A program made the position numbers and the translations under genes. A DNA stretch of 57,561 nucleotides, taken from Candidatus Omnitrophota bacterium (GTDB lineage Bacteria; Omnitrophota; Gorgyraeia; Duberdicusellales; 4484-171). A model generated the notes under the pieces. It made no database searches. It saw only the letters and a program-made list of their open reading frames with translations, and was not told the DNA's origin. The stretch's first letter is position 1; each line of letters begins with the position of its first letter. Where the stretch lies: positions 78,124 to 135,684 of the forward strand of contig CP070797.1 in NCBI GenBank assembly GCA_020343495.1. The letters are read 5' to 3'. This document shows, one piece after another, positions 1 to 7,889 of the stretch.

Positions 1-83
1 GGAAGGCAGTATACACCACTCACTCTCACAAACAGGAGTATCAGTGTTACGATGAATATTTTTAATATGCTTTTTTGTTTCAT
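1..83 (-). CDS. 5' end of an exported-protein gene (signal peptide only; the gene runs off the left edge)
   Basis: Minus-strand ATG at 81-83 is preceded by the AAGGAAGGAAG Shine-Dalgarno. It translates MKQKSILKIFIVTLILLFVRVSGVYCLP, a basic n-region plus hydrophobic core. It lies directly downstream of the riboswitch-like leader and terminator. Confidence 0.45.
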   Translation of the reverse strand, partial: MKQKSILKIFIVTLILLFVRVSGVYCL

Positions 84-110
84 ATCTTCCTTCCTTTTAA
101 ACTCTATCCC

Positions 111-147
111 AAATAAAAAACCCATAGCTTTTGACTATGGGTTTTTA
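111..147 (-). terminator. Intrinsic terminator / riboswitch expression platform
   Basis: Minus-strand RNA reads AAAAACCCAUAG-UCAAAAG-CUAUGGGUUUUUUAUUU. The 7-bp core stem (135-141 / 121-127) is extendable by A-U pairs and is followed by U6. It is symmetric, so it is potentially bidirectional. Confidence 0.65.
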
Positions 148-159
148 AAAATTCTTCTC

Positions 160-255
160 TGTTTCGGCAGCTGACAACCATAGCCATTTTAAGCTTTAGG
201 CTCTTAAGCTTTGCGCCTCTGCCTTTCGGCAGATTTGCCTTTATCGTTAGAGTCT
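160..255 (-). promoter_or_regulatory. Candidate c-di-GMP-I (GEMM-I) riboswitch aptamer
   Basis: Minus strand reads GGCAAA-UCUGCC-GAAA-GGCAGA-GGCGCAAAGC-UUAAGAG-CCUAAAG...GGC-UAUGG. It has a GNRA-capped hairpin flanked by GGCAAA and GCGCAAAGC, plus both halves of a tetraloop-receptor-like motif. This matches the conserved core of Vc2-type GEMM-I RNAs as I recall them. Confidence 0.65.
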
Positions 256-291
256 ATTTATACAAAGAACTATCAGATATATCCCAGATTA

Positions 292-321
292 ATTATACCA
301 TATTATTATAATATATAACAA
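292..321 (-). promoter_or_regulatory. Sigma70-type promoter with extended -10, driving the riboswitch leader
   Basis: Minus strand reads TTGTTA (316-321), an 18-nt spacer, TGg, then TATAAT (292-297). Confidence 0.5.
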
Positions 322-453
322 GGGGAGGGCAGAAAAGCTTTTAACTTCAGTATTATGAAGGGGTTAGGAAGGCTGTTTTGTGAGACATAAAAATAAAATG
401 GCGCGCAGAAAACTTACTGTGGTCAGAGCGGAAAGTCTGACAAATGAACCCGC

Positions 454-726
454 TTAAATTTCACCTTCCTTTATTAACTTGCGGTAATAATCAATACATT
501 CACTACAAGAATAATTTGCTGCCTGCCACTGGGGATGGTCCCGTTTAATAAGGTTTATGATATACTCTTCTGCTTTCACATGGACCAATGCTTTCTTTTC
601 GCTGACCATGCGCCCGCAGATATTACACTTATACTTTCCTTCAAGGCTTTGCTCTTTCTGTTGCTTTCTGCCAGTAAACACTTTTGTTATATTACTTAAT
701 ACTTTAGCAAATCCTTTTTTAGCCAT
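454..726 (-). CDS. Small 4-Cys zinc-ribbon / rubredoxin-like protein, function unknown
   Basis: 90 aa with an ATG start and strong SD (AAAGGAGGGAT). It has two Cys knuckles, KCNICG and CSEC, 36 aa apart. It starts 19 nt downstream of the metH stop. Confidence 0.75.
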   Translation of the reverse strand: MAKKGFAKVLSNITKVFTGRKQQKEQSLEGKYKCNICGRMVSEKKALVHVKAEEYIINLIKRDHPQWQAANYSCSECIDYYRKLIKEGEI

Positions 727-744
727 ATCCCTCCTTTAATTTAT

Positions 745-3135
745 TCAATCTTTAGAAACTATTTTCTTCACAACTCTAACAGCTTCCACGCCGTCTTTGG
801 CATAATCTGCACCCATTGACTGAGCGTATCCTTTAGTAACAACTGCTCCTCCTACTATAAATCTGGCAGTCAAGCTTTGTTTCTCTGCCAGATTAATAAC
901 CGGCCCCATATTAACCATGGTGGTTGTCATAAGAGCAGAAAGACCTACAACTGCCGGGTTATATTTCTTAATTCCCTCAACTATTCTTTCTGCTGAAACG
1001 TCTTTACCTAAGTCTATAACTTTAAACCCGTGATTAGAAAGCATTAATGCTACTATGTTTTTGCCTATATCATGAATATCTCCTTTTACCGTAGCAAGAA
1101 GAATAACTCCTGCCTTAACCCTGGGTTCTTCTTTAAGATACGCCTTAAGACAACTAAAACCCTGCTTCATTGTTTCAGCGCTGGCAATAAGCTGCGGCAG
1201 GAAGTATTCTCTCCTATCAAAAAGCTCTCCTACTTTAGTTATTGCTCCAATCATCGTCTCATAAACAAGGGTTGAAGGATTAACGCCGGCGGCAACCGCT
1301 CCCTGGATAATACCTTTTATACCTTCTCTATTCCCCTCCAGAATTGCCCTAAAAACTTTTTCCTGAGGAGAGAGTTTTTCCGTAGATATAACTTCTTTTT
1401 CTTTAACCTTAGCAAAACGAGCAATATAGGAAGCGGCCATTTTATCCTTTTGCAGTAACAGCTCAACTGCTTCCTTAACTGCTTCCAAACTCTTATGTAA
1501 AGGGTCCATGATAGCGCAAGTCAACCCCTTGCGTTGGCCTAACGCCAAAAACGCGGCATTAATCCACTTGCGGGCAGGCAACCCAAAAGAAACGTTGGAA
1601 AGGCCCACAACAGTATGGCACTTCAAAATCTTAGAACACCACTCTATTGTTTTTAGAGTCTGGATTGCTGCCCCGGCATCAGAAGATACTGCCATAGCCA
1701 TAGCATCCACAATAATATCGTCTTTAGTAATCCTAAGCTTTTGCGCTTCTTTAAATAACTTTTTTATAATTACCTTACGCTCAGCAGCAGTGGCGGGTAT
1801 CTGTTTACTACTCAAGGGAAGTAAAATGAACATCGCTCCGTATTTAGCAGCTAAAGGCAATAATCTCCTAAATTTAGGTTCCTCAGCAGAAATAGAGTTA
1901 ATCAATGCCCGCCCCGGGTAAAACCGCAGAGCCTCTTCTATAACTGCTACGTTTGAAGAATCAATAACCAACGGCAAATCCGTTGCTACGCAAAGAAGCT
2001 CAATAACAGAAATCATCGTCTTTACTTCATCAATATCAGGCATCCCTACATTAACGTCTAAGAGATGGGCGCCGCTGGCTCTCTGGTCAACGGCCATAGC
2101 GCGGACTACGGATAAGTTTCCCTCAAGCAACTTCTGTTTAAATACCTTTTTACCTGTAGGATTAATACGTTCCCCAATAACAATAAAAGGGTTATTAGCA
2201 TCTATAACAACGGTCTTTCTGGCAGAACTCACCGCGCTGATTGATTTTCGCAGCGGCGCAAGCGGCCGTATATTTTTTGTTCTCTTAACTAACGCGGATA
2301 TATGCTGCGGGGTAGTGCCGCAACAGCCTCCTAACATATTAACCCCTGCCTTAACAAATTTAGGAGCAAAAGAAGCAAAGTCTGTTGCCCCCATATCAAA
2401 GACAGCTCTATCACCCACTAACTTAGGGATACCGGCGTTAGGTTTTGCTACGATAGGAACTGTTGCGTAAGGTTTCATAGCAGCAACTGTTTTTAACATA
2501 TCCTGCGGCCCGCTGGAACAGTTACAGCCCACGGCATCTGCGCCAAGGCTTCCTAAAGTAACCACTGCTGTGACAGGGTCTGTGCCGTTAAGAGTCCGGC
2601 CTCCCTCAAAAGTCATTGTAACTATTACGAACTTATCCGTAAGCTCTTTTATAGCAAGGAGAGCAGCTCTTGCTTCCTGAATATCTATCATTGTCTCAAC
2701 TACAAACAAATCAACCCCGCCGGCTAACAGACCGCGCACCTGCTGTTTAAAAACATCCACTGTTTCCTGGAAATCCAAATCGCCAAAAGGTTTAATAAAC
2801 TGACCCGTGGGACCGATGTCGCCGGCTACCAGAGCTTTCGCCGCTACCGCCCTTTTTGCTACCCCAACAAGATTTTTGTTAATCTCTTCAACGTTACTCA
2901 AATTATACTCTTTAAGCTTAAACCGGTTAGCGCCAAAAGTGCAGGCATAAACTATGTCTGAACCGGCGCATCTGTAACTAGAATGAACTGCTGCTAAAAG
3001 TTGAGGGTTTTGCAAACACCATTCTTCAGGGCAGGCTCCCTGCGGCATCATATTGGCCTTCTGAAGCTGGGTGCCGGTTGCGCCGTCTAGGATAACTACT
3101 TTTTTCTTAAGAAGGTTGGCTATTTTATTTTTCAT
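745..3135 (-). CDS. metH: Cobalamin-dependent methionine synthase, short form (Hcy-binding + pterin-binding + B12-binding, no reactivation domain)
   Basis: GGCCGTTP zinc/Hcy motif, ERINPTG pterin domain, and the B12 signature DIHDIGKNIV (DxHxxG) with SALMTTT and VGGA. At 796 aa it lacks the roughly 330-aa AdoMet-binding C-terminus. Confidence 0.93.
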   Translation of the reverse strand: MKNKIANLLKKKVVILDGATGTQLQKANMMPQGACPEEWCLQNPQLLAAVHSSYRCAGSDIVYACTFGANRFKLKEYNLSNVEEINKNLVGVAKRAVAAKALVAGDIGPTGQFIKPFGDLDFQETVDVFKQQVRGLLAGGVDLFVVETMIDIQEARAALLAIKELTDKFVIVTMTFEGGRTLNGTDPVTAVVTLGSLGADAVGCNCSSGPQDMLKTVAAMKPYATVPIVAKPNAGIPKLVGDRAVFDMGATDFASFAPKFVKAGVNMLGGCCGTTPQHISALVKRTKNIRPLAPLRKSISAVSSARKTVVIDANNPFIVIGERINPTGKKVFKQKLLEGNLSVVRAMAVDQRASGAHLLDVNVGMPDIDEVKTMISVIELLCVATDLPLVIDSSNVAVIEEALRFYPGRALINSISAEEPKFRRLLPLAAKYGAMFILLPLSSKQIPATAAERKVIIKKLFKEAQKLRITKDDIIVDAMAMAVSSDAGAAIQTLKTIEWCSKILKCHTVVGLSNVSFGLPARKWINAAFLALGQRKGLTCAIMDPLHKSLEAVKEAVELLLQKDKMAASYIARFAKVKEKEVISTEKLSPQEKVFRAILEGNREGIKGIIQGAVAAGVNPSTLVYETMIGAITKVGELFDRREYFLPQLIASAETMKQGFSCLKAYLKEEPRVKAGVILLATVKGDIHDIGKNIVALMLSNHGFKVIDLGKDVSAERIVEGIKKYNPAVVGLSALMTTTMVNMGPVINLAEKQSLTARFIVGGAVVTKGYAQSMGADYAKDGVEAVRVVKKIVSKD

Positions 3136-3138
3136 AAA

Positions 3139-3783
3139 TTATTTTAACGGCGAGGACTCATCCCTATAAAGAATACCCGCCACGGCAATAACGCTTTTCT
3201 CAGGGGTGAGCATATAACTTTCTGTAATACTAACTCCTAACTTCTTTAATTCAAGAGTATTATATAAAGTTTTCTGGTTTTCTAAGATAAAATCGCCGTA
3301 GCCGGCAGAAAAACGCCTTCTGGTAAGGCACTTGTTCTCCCTGCGAAGCTGTTGATTAATATAACCGCAAATCCAATCAAGAGAGGTATCGGTCACTTCA
3401 CTTGCTACGGCATCAAAAACTACTGCCTTAGTTAAGTTACCTTGAGAGGAATCTTTCTGTATCTGCTCAATAATTTGTCCGCCGGCAGTTACTCCCATAA
3501 AAAGAACTTCTAGGCAATCCTTAAGCAATGCGGCTAAATGCTTGCTTTCAAAAGTAACGTCATTTATAAGCACAACTTCTAAATTATTCTTTTCCTTTAT
3601 GGATATTCTTTTAGCTACTCCCTTTAACTTAATGAAATTATTAAATTCCTGCATATACTGCTCAATCTCCATCCTCTGCTGCGAGGAAAGACGCGTCTTA
3701 TCACGCCGGTACCCTAACCTCTTATACACTCTATCTTTTGGTATGGAAACAGGTATGGAATTAAATACAATTAAATCCTTCAT
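3139..3783 (-). CDS. Stand-alone methionine synthase activation (AdoMet-binding) domain-like protein
   Basis: 214 aa, ending 3 nt upstream of the metH start. The RRFSAGYGDF..ENQK segment resembles the R(F/Y)SPGYGDW motif of stand-alone activation-domain proteins found beside short MetH. Confidence 0.7.
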   Translation of the reverse strand: MKDLIVFNSIPVSIPKDRVYKRLGYRRDKTRLSSQQRMEIEQYMQEFNNFIKLKGVAKRISIKEKNNLEVVLINDVTFESKHLAALLKDCLEVLFMGVTAGGQIIEQIQKDSSQGNLTKAVVFDAVASEVTDTSLDWICGYINQQLRRENKCLTRRRFSAGYGDFILENQKTLYNTLELKKLGVSITESYMLTPEKSVIAVAGILYRDESSPLK

Positions 3784-3862
3784 TTAATTATGTTTCTGGA
3801 TCTAAGTTACTGGTTACTTTACTTAATATTGTATGATTTTCGGAAGGATTTGGCAAATAAAA

Positions 3863-4288
3863 TTACAAGCTGTTGAACGAGAAAGTTTTTGAATTTTCTG
3901 AAAGGACTGTTACTTTTACAGATATCAGGCCTTCTTTGGGATGGGCTATTTGAGAAAACGCTTCTTTCGTTAAATCAATAATACGGCCCCTTCTAAACAA
4001 CCTTTTTGCCGGGCCGCGGTCATTAACCCTAACGACTACGGATTTATTGTTAGACAAATTCCTCACCTCTACAAAGGTATTAAAAGGGACTGCCCACATT
4101 GCACAGGTAAGTTTTTTATCGTCAAATTTTTCCATATTGGCAGTGGTTTTTAACACTCCCGGGTCTCTGCGGGAATACCACGATGCCATCCCCAAAAAGG
4201 GAGCTCCCCGCGCGGAAGAATTCTCCACATAACCAAAACAACCTAAAACTAACACTACTATTACACTTACCAATAAGAGTTTATTCAT
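3863..4288 (-). CDS. rlpA: RlpA-family septal ring lytic transglycosylase-like protein (DPBB domain)
   Basis: Signal peptide, then GMASWYS...TANMEKFD..LTCA..PFNTFVEVRN..NKSVVVRVNDRGP..RIIDLTKEAF, the typical double-psi beta-barrel RlpA pattern. Confidence 0.85.
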   Translation of the reverse strand: MNKLLLVSVIVVLVLGCFGYVENSSARGAPFLGMASWYSRRDPGVLKTTANMEKFDDKKLTCAMWAVPFNTFVEVRNLSNNKSVVVRVNDRGPAKRLFRRGRIIDLTKEAFSQIAHPKEGLISVKVTVLSENSKTFSFNSL

Positions 4289-4313
4289 CTTAATATAATA
4301 TGAGGGAAGTTAA

Positions 4314-4343
4314 TATATACCATATATCCTCTTAAAGAATCAA
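4314..4343 (-). promoter_or_regulatory. Candidate promoter for rlpA, the metH activation gene, metH and the zinc-ribbon gene
   Basis: Minus strand reads TTGATT (4338-4343), an 18-nt spacer, TGg, then TATATA (4314-4319). Confidence 0.35.
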
Positions 4344-4404
4344 GGTAATTTCAAAAAAAATATAAAATCATAACCTGTTGATAGTCAAAAGGTAAGGTAA
4401 GGCT

Positions 4405-5424
4405 CTACAATTGTTCCTTCCCGAAGGCAAGTTTTATCAGCTTCTGAATTAGCTTTTTAAAGGGGAGGCCTGCTTTAGCTGCAGAAACAGCAAACTCATC
4501 ATCTATATCTAAAGAGGGGTTAGCATTTGCTTCTAAAATATACACTCTTGAATCAGGAGTAACCCTTATATCCAACCTTCCGTAACAACGCATATTTAAA
4601 ACACGGTACGCCCTTTTACAAATCTCTTCAATCTTTACATTTATGCCGTTAGGCAACCTTCCGGCAAAAACATTCTTTATCTCCCAGCGCTTACGGTAAT
4701 CGTAATCCCATTTTGCTTTATAAGTAGCAATTCGTGGCTCGTCTTCCCCAAACCCTCCAAACTTCATCTCTCTTAAAGGAAAAATTTTAAGACGCTTATT
4801 TCCCATAATGCTCACATACAACTCTCTTCCTTCTATATACTCTTCAGCTATGGCATCGGAATTCATACTCTGATGTATAAACTTAACTCTTTCAATAAAA
4901 GCTTCTTCGTTATCTACAACGGACGCCTGCGATATTCCCCGTGAAGCTTCTTCGCATAACGGTTTTACAATAAGCGGCAATTTTAGGCGTTTGGGAAGCC
5001 ATATACGGTGGTCTCTATAAAAGGTGTGAAAATGAGGCACTTTTATCCGATGATAACTTAATATCTCTTTGCTTATAGCTTTATTATTGCAGATAAGAAG
5101 GCTTGCGGGAGTGCCGCCGGTATAAGGAATCCCTAACATTTCTAATAACCATGCTACATTTTTATCAAAATGTGATTTTTGAGTAAAAACTTCTGCCAAA
5201 TTAAATACAACGTCTGGTTTATTATTCTTAACTTCTTCAAAAAGAATACTTATGTCATTATATAATCCCATCATTGTTACTCGATGCCCGATTTCACAAA
5301 GCGCTTTATAAACTTGGCGTTCGGTATCCCAATCAACATCTTTAAATTCCTTCTTAAAATCATACCCCTGAGGCACAGAATAAGGGCTATCAAACACCAG
5401 AAGAACTTTTAATTTTTTCCTCAT
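4405..5424 (-). CDS. ATP-grasp ligase, D-Ala-D-Ala ligase-like family, substrate unknown
   Basis: Ddl-like blocks are present: LIVKPLCEEASRGIS, AEEYIEGRELYVSIMGN and GRLDIRVTPDSRVYILEANANPSL. Its ATG overlaps the upstream gene's stop (ATGA). Confidence 0.85.
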   Translation of the reverse strand: MRKKLKVLLVFDSPYSVPQGYDFKKEFKDVDWDTERQVYKALCEIGHRVTMMGLYNDISILFEEVKNNKPDVVFNLAEVFTQKSHFDKNVAWLLEMLGIPYTGGTPASLLICNNKAISKEILSYHRIKVPHFHTFYRDHRIWLPKRLKLPLIVKPLCEEASRGISQASVVDNEEAFIERVKFIHQSMNSDAIAEEYIEGRELYVSIMGNKRLKIFPLREMKFGGFGEDEPRIATYKAKWDYDYRKRWEIKNVFAGRLPNGINVKIEEICKRAYRVLNMRCYGRLDIRVTPDSRVYILEANANPSLDIDDEFAVSAAKAGLPFKKLIQKLIKLAFGKEQL

Positions 5425-6443
5425 TTCTTCCCCCTGAATTTGCCGGTGTATCTATAATTCATAACTAATGTCGTAATATACGTGGAAATCTTTAATATTG
5501 CAATCAACTCTGAATCCTGCACCCTTAGTTTAAGGCTCCTACACCGGTCAATTATTGTTTTTAAAAGATCGTTTATAATATATTTCTTTTCTCTTGTCCA
5601 GCTATATACATTTTTTACAATCTCTTTATTATACCTTTTTATGATATCGGCGGCTTGAGGTAATTTCCTTCTTTTACCCATAACTATAAAAATTCTTCTT
5701 AAATTTGCATCGTGAAAATCGGGAAAATATTCAGCTGACGAATGCTTTTTTTTCTTATAATAATTCTTAAGTGTTATCCGCAAAGTCTTAGCCTGCCAAT
5801 ATTTTTTCCCTTTTCTAATAACGGGCTCTTTATTCTTAATTTCGCCCATCAGTTCATCTACATATTTTAATTTTTTAAAAGCGCCCCACCCTTTATATTG
5901 CTTGCGCCAGTCTAGGCCGGGAGTAAGCCACACTGAAAAAGTCTCGGCAAAATCCTCGTCGGGATGATGCTGGGCATAATAATCTTCTAAGTGTATAACA
6001 AAATTTTTGCTGTACGGCCTAAACCTGTACGTATCTTCGTATTCTGTAGAGAACTTGCCGAATACCTTCTGCCATTTTTTCCTCTTATACAATTTATATG
6101 CATAATTTATAGCGTGCCCTGTCTCATGCCGCAGTAATTTCATGCACCATTGATTAGTTCCTCCTTCAACATCAAACATCATCTTTCTTTCTAATTTACT
6201 AAGCACCGGATGCACCAAAAAGAAAGGTATTCCTATCACAGGCTCATTATCAGGAGCAAGCCATTCGTCAGCTAAATAACAGACGGGTTTAAAAACTATA
6301 CCTTTATTATTAAGTTCTTTATAAAGATGCCTGATACAATTTGAAATCCAGGTATCTTCTATCTTTATCGGTAAATCACACACCTTTACGTTGAGTAAAT
6401 CTTCTTCTGAAATTTTTGATAAATCTATATTTTTCCTTGCCAT
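5421..6443 (-). CDS. Putative zinc metallopeptidase-like protein (HExxH)
   Basis: LLRHETGHAINYAY (HExxH) with a downstream HPDEDFAETFSVW acidic segment. No signal peptide. Translationally coupled to the ATP-grasp gene. Confidence 0.65.
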   Translation of the reverse strand: MARKNIDLSKISEEDLLNVKVCDLPIKIEDTWISNCIRHLYKELNNKGIVFKPVCYLADEWLAPDNEPVIGIPFFLVHPVLSKLERKMMFDVEGGTNQWCMKLLRHETGHAINYAYKLYKRKKWQKVFGKFSTEYEDTYRFRPYSKNFVIHLEDYYAQHHPDEDFAETFSVWLTPGLDWRKQYKGWGAFKKLKYVDELMGEIKNKEPVIRKGKKYWQAKTLRITLKNYYKKKKHSSAEYFPDFHDANLRRIFIVMGKRRKLPQAADIIKRYNKEIVKNVYSWTREKKYIINDLLKTIIDRCRSLKLRVQDSELIAILKISTYITTLVMNYRYTGKFRGKK

Positions 6444-6458
6444 TTTCCTTTAATCAGT

Positions 6459-7061
6459 TTATTTTACGACTTTCACGCAATCAAAATTACATCTGCCTTC
6501 CCCGGGCATGCGCGGTTCAAACTGAAAACTCATAATAGGGAAATCCAGAACCTCATTTCTAGTGGCACTTTCGGGCTGCCAGTCTCCTCGCACAAAAAAT
6601 TGAGAGAAAGGACAAATGATTTCTTTCCAGCCCCCAAAATCATCGTCTATTATAAACCGCCAAAACTCTCCTTGCGCATCTTTTATGTCAAACGCTATTA
6701 CAGCGTCGGAATTGCCGCCATACATATAAATACTGATTGCGTTATATTTCTCCCATGCTACCTCAGAAGGCTTAACTAACCATTTAGCCGCGCCTGCCAC
6801 ATCCAAATTATAACCCCGCGCTATCCACATATAACTGGAAGGTTTTAAATCATAATCCAATTTTAGGGACTGGGAACCGCACACTTTTAACGATTTATCT
6901 GCTTCTACCTTTAAAGACGAACCCTGGCCTGCTCCGTAATCAACTGTCCGGGCGTTAATGTCTCCTTCAAAACTGTCAATTAAAACCCCTTGCGGCGGCG
7001 CAGAACACCCTATAACTGCGCCTATACCCAACCCTGCCAATAAAAAGTATAGTTTCCTCAT
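6459..7061 (-). CDS. Lipoprotein with a carbohydrate-binding-module-like beta-sandwich (CBM11/CIA30-like)
   Basis: Lipobox LAGLGIGAVIGC, then the pattern IDSFEG....G.SLKLDYDL....W.......FD typical of CBM11-like domains. The domain assignment is by eye. Confidence 0.55.
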   Translation of the reverse strand: MRKLYFLLAGLGIGAVIGCSAPPQGVLIDSFEGDINARTVDYGAGQGSSLKVEADKSLKVCGSQSLKLDYDLKPSSYMWIARGYNLDVAGAAKWLVKPSEVAWEKYNAISIYMYGGNSDAVIAFDIKDAQGEFWRFIIDDDFGGWKEIICPFSQFFVRGDWQPESATRNEVLDFPIMSFQFEPRMPGEGRCNFDCVKVVK

Positions 7062-7072
7062 CTGGCCCTCCT

Positions 7073-7882
7073 TTAAGATATGAGCTTCTTTCCTGCCGGG
7101 ACGTATCCTTGCAAATCAACGGTTATATATTTGTATCCTAAATCTTTCAATCGCTTCGTTATTCTATTTATATCAGATTTCTTTAATTTAGTCCATTCCC
7201 TATTTCCTAATTCAAGGCGTAAAATATCTTTATGATGCCTTGCCCGCACCAGAGAATTTACGCCTAAACACTGTTTTAAAATGTTTTCTGCTTTCTCAAC
7301 TATTTTTATTCTGGTGAGAGTTATTTCCTCGCCAAAAGGGATACGGGAAGCAAGGCAGGTCCCTTTAGGCTTATTCCAGAAAGACAGCTTAAGGTATTTT
7401 GCTAAACCAATAATGTCTTTTTTGCTGAACTTACATTCATATAAGGGGCTGATTACGCCCAGTTCGTTGTTTGCTTTAAGGCCGGGGCGAACGTCGTCTT
7501 TATCGTCATAATTTGTGCCGTCTAAAATATACTTAAGCTTATTCTTAAAGGCAATATCTTTTAATTTTAAAATTAAGTTACGCTTGCACCAGTAACATCT
7601 ATCCTCTAAATTACGCCTGAAATTTTTATTTTCTAACTCGTTGGTCTTAATTACCATAGACTTAATGCCTATTTCTTTACAAACCTTCCTCATCCGGCGG
7701 CAACTGCTAAACGGATGAATCGCTGAGGCAGCAGTAACAGCAAGCGCTGCCCTGCCTAAAACATCATAGGCCACTTTCACAAGAAGACCGCTATCAGTGC
7801 CGCCGGAAAACGCAATGACAGCGCCTTCTAAATCCGCAAGAAACCTTTTTAATTGATTATATTTTCCACTAACCCCTAACAT
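7073..7882 (-). CDS. larE: LarE-family PP-loop ATP-dependent sulfur transferase (TIGR00268-like)
   Basis: PP-loop AFSGGTDS, RCYWCK (CxxC) and TCLASRIPFG (the LarE catalytic-Cys motif). Length 269 aa. Confidence 0.8.
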   Translation of the reverse strand: MLGVSGKYNQLKRFLADLEGAVIAFSGGTDSGLLVKVAYDVLGRAALAVTAASAIHPFSSCRRMRKVCKEIGIKSMVIKTNELENKNFRRNLEDRCYWCKRNLILKLKDIAFKNKLKYILDGTNYDDKDDVRPGLKANNELGVISPLYECKFSKKDIIGLAKYLKLSFWNKPKGTCLASRIPFGEEITLTRIKIVEKAENILKQCLGVNSLVRARHHKDILRLELGNREWTKLKKSDINRITKRLKDLGYKYITVDLQGYVPAGKKLIS

Positions 7883-7889
7883 CTAACGA

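Noticed and set aside
422-441. Hairpin GTCAGA-GCGGAAAG-TCTGAC just past the stop of the 90-aa gene, as a terminator of the metH operon.
   Set aside because: The stem is only 6 bp and no U-tract abuts it on the minus strand; the nearest U-run is about 8 nt away and short. It may contribute to 3'-end formation but does not qualify as a confident intrinsic terminator.
1508-1921. Plus-strand ORFs of 60-190 aa in the track that lie antisense to large minus-strand genes (e.g. 1508-1921, 22749-23081, 38219-38731, 41243-41806, 48795-49253, 52329-52742).
   Set aside because: Each is fully embedded opposite a gene with unmistakable conserved motifs (metH, gspE, cysS, radA, mcsB, lolC). They have Ser/Leu/Pro-rich low-complexity translations, no SD, and often non-ATG starts. 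I treat them as shadow ORFs of AT-rich coding DNA.
3784-4404. SAM, SAH or cobalamin riboswitch upstream of the metH operon.
   Set aside because: The gaps are short (79 and 116 nt). They lack a B12 box (no GCCACUG-like element) and have no SAM-I four-way-junction-like helices. Only a promoter-like element is visible.
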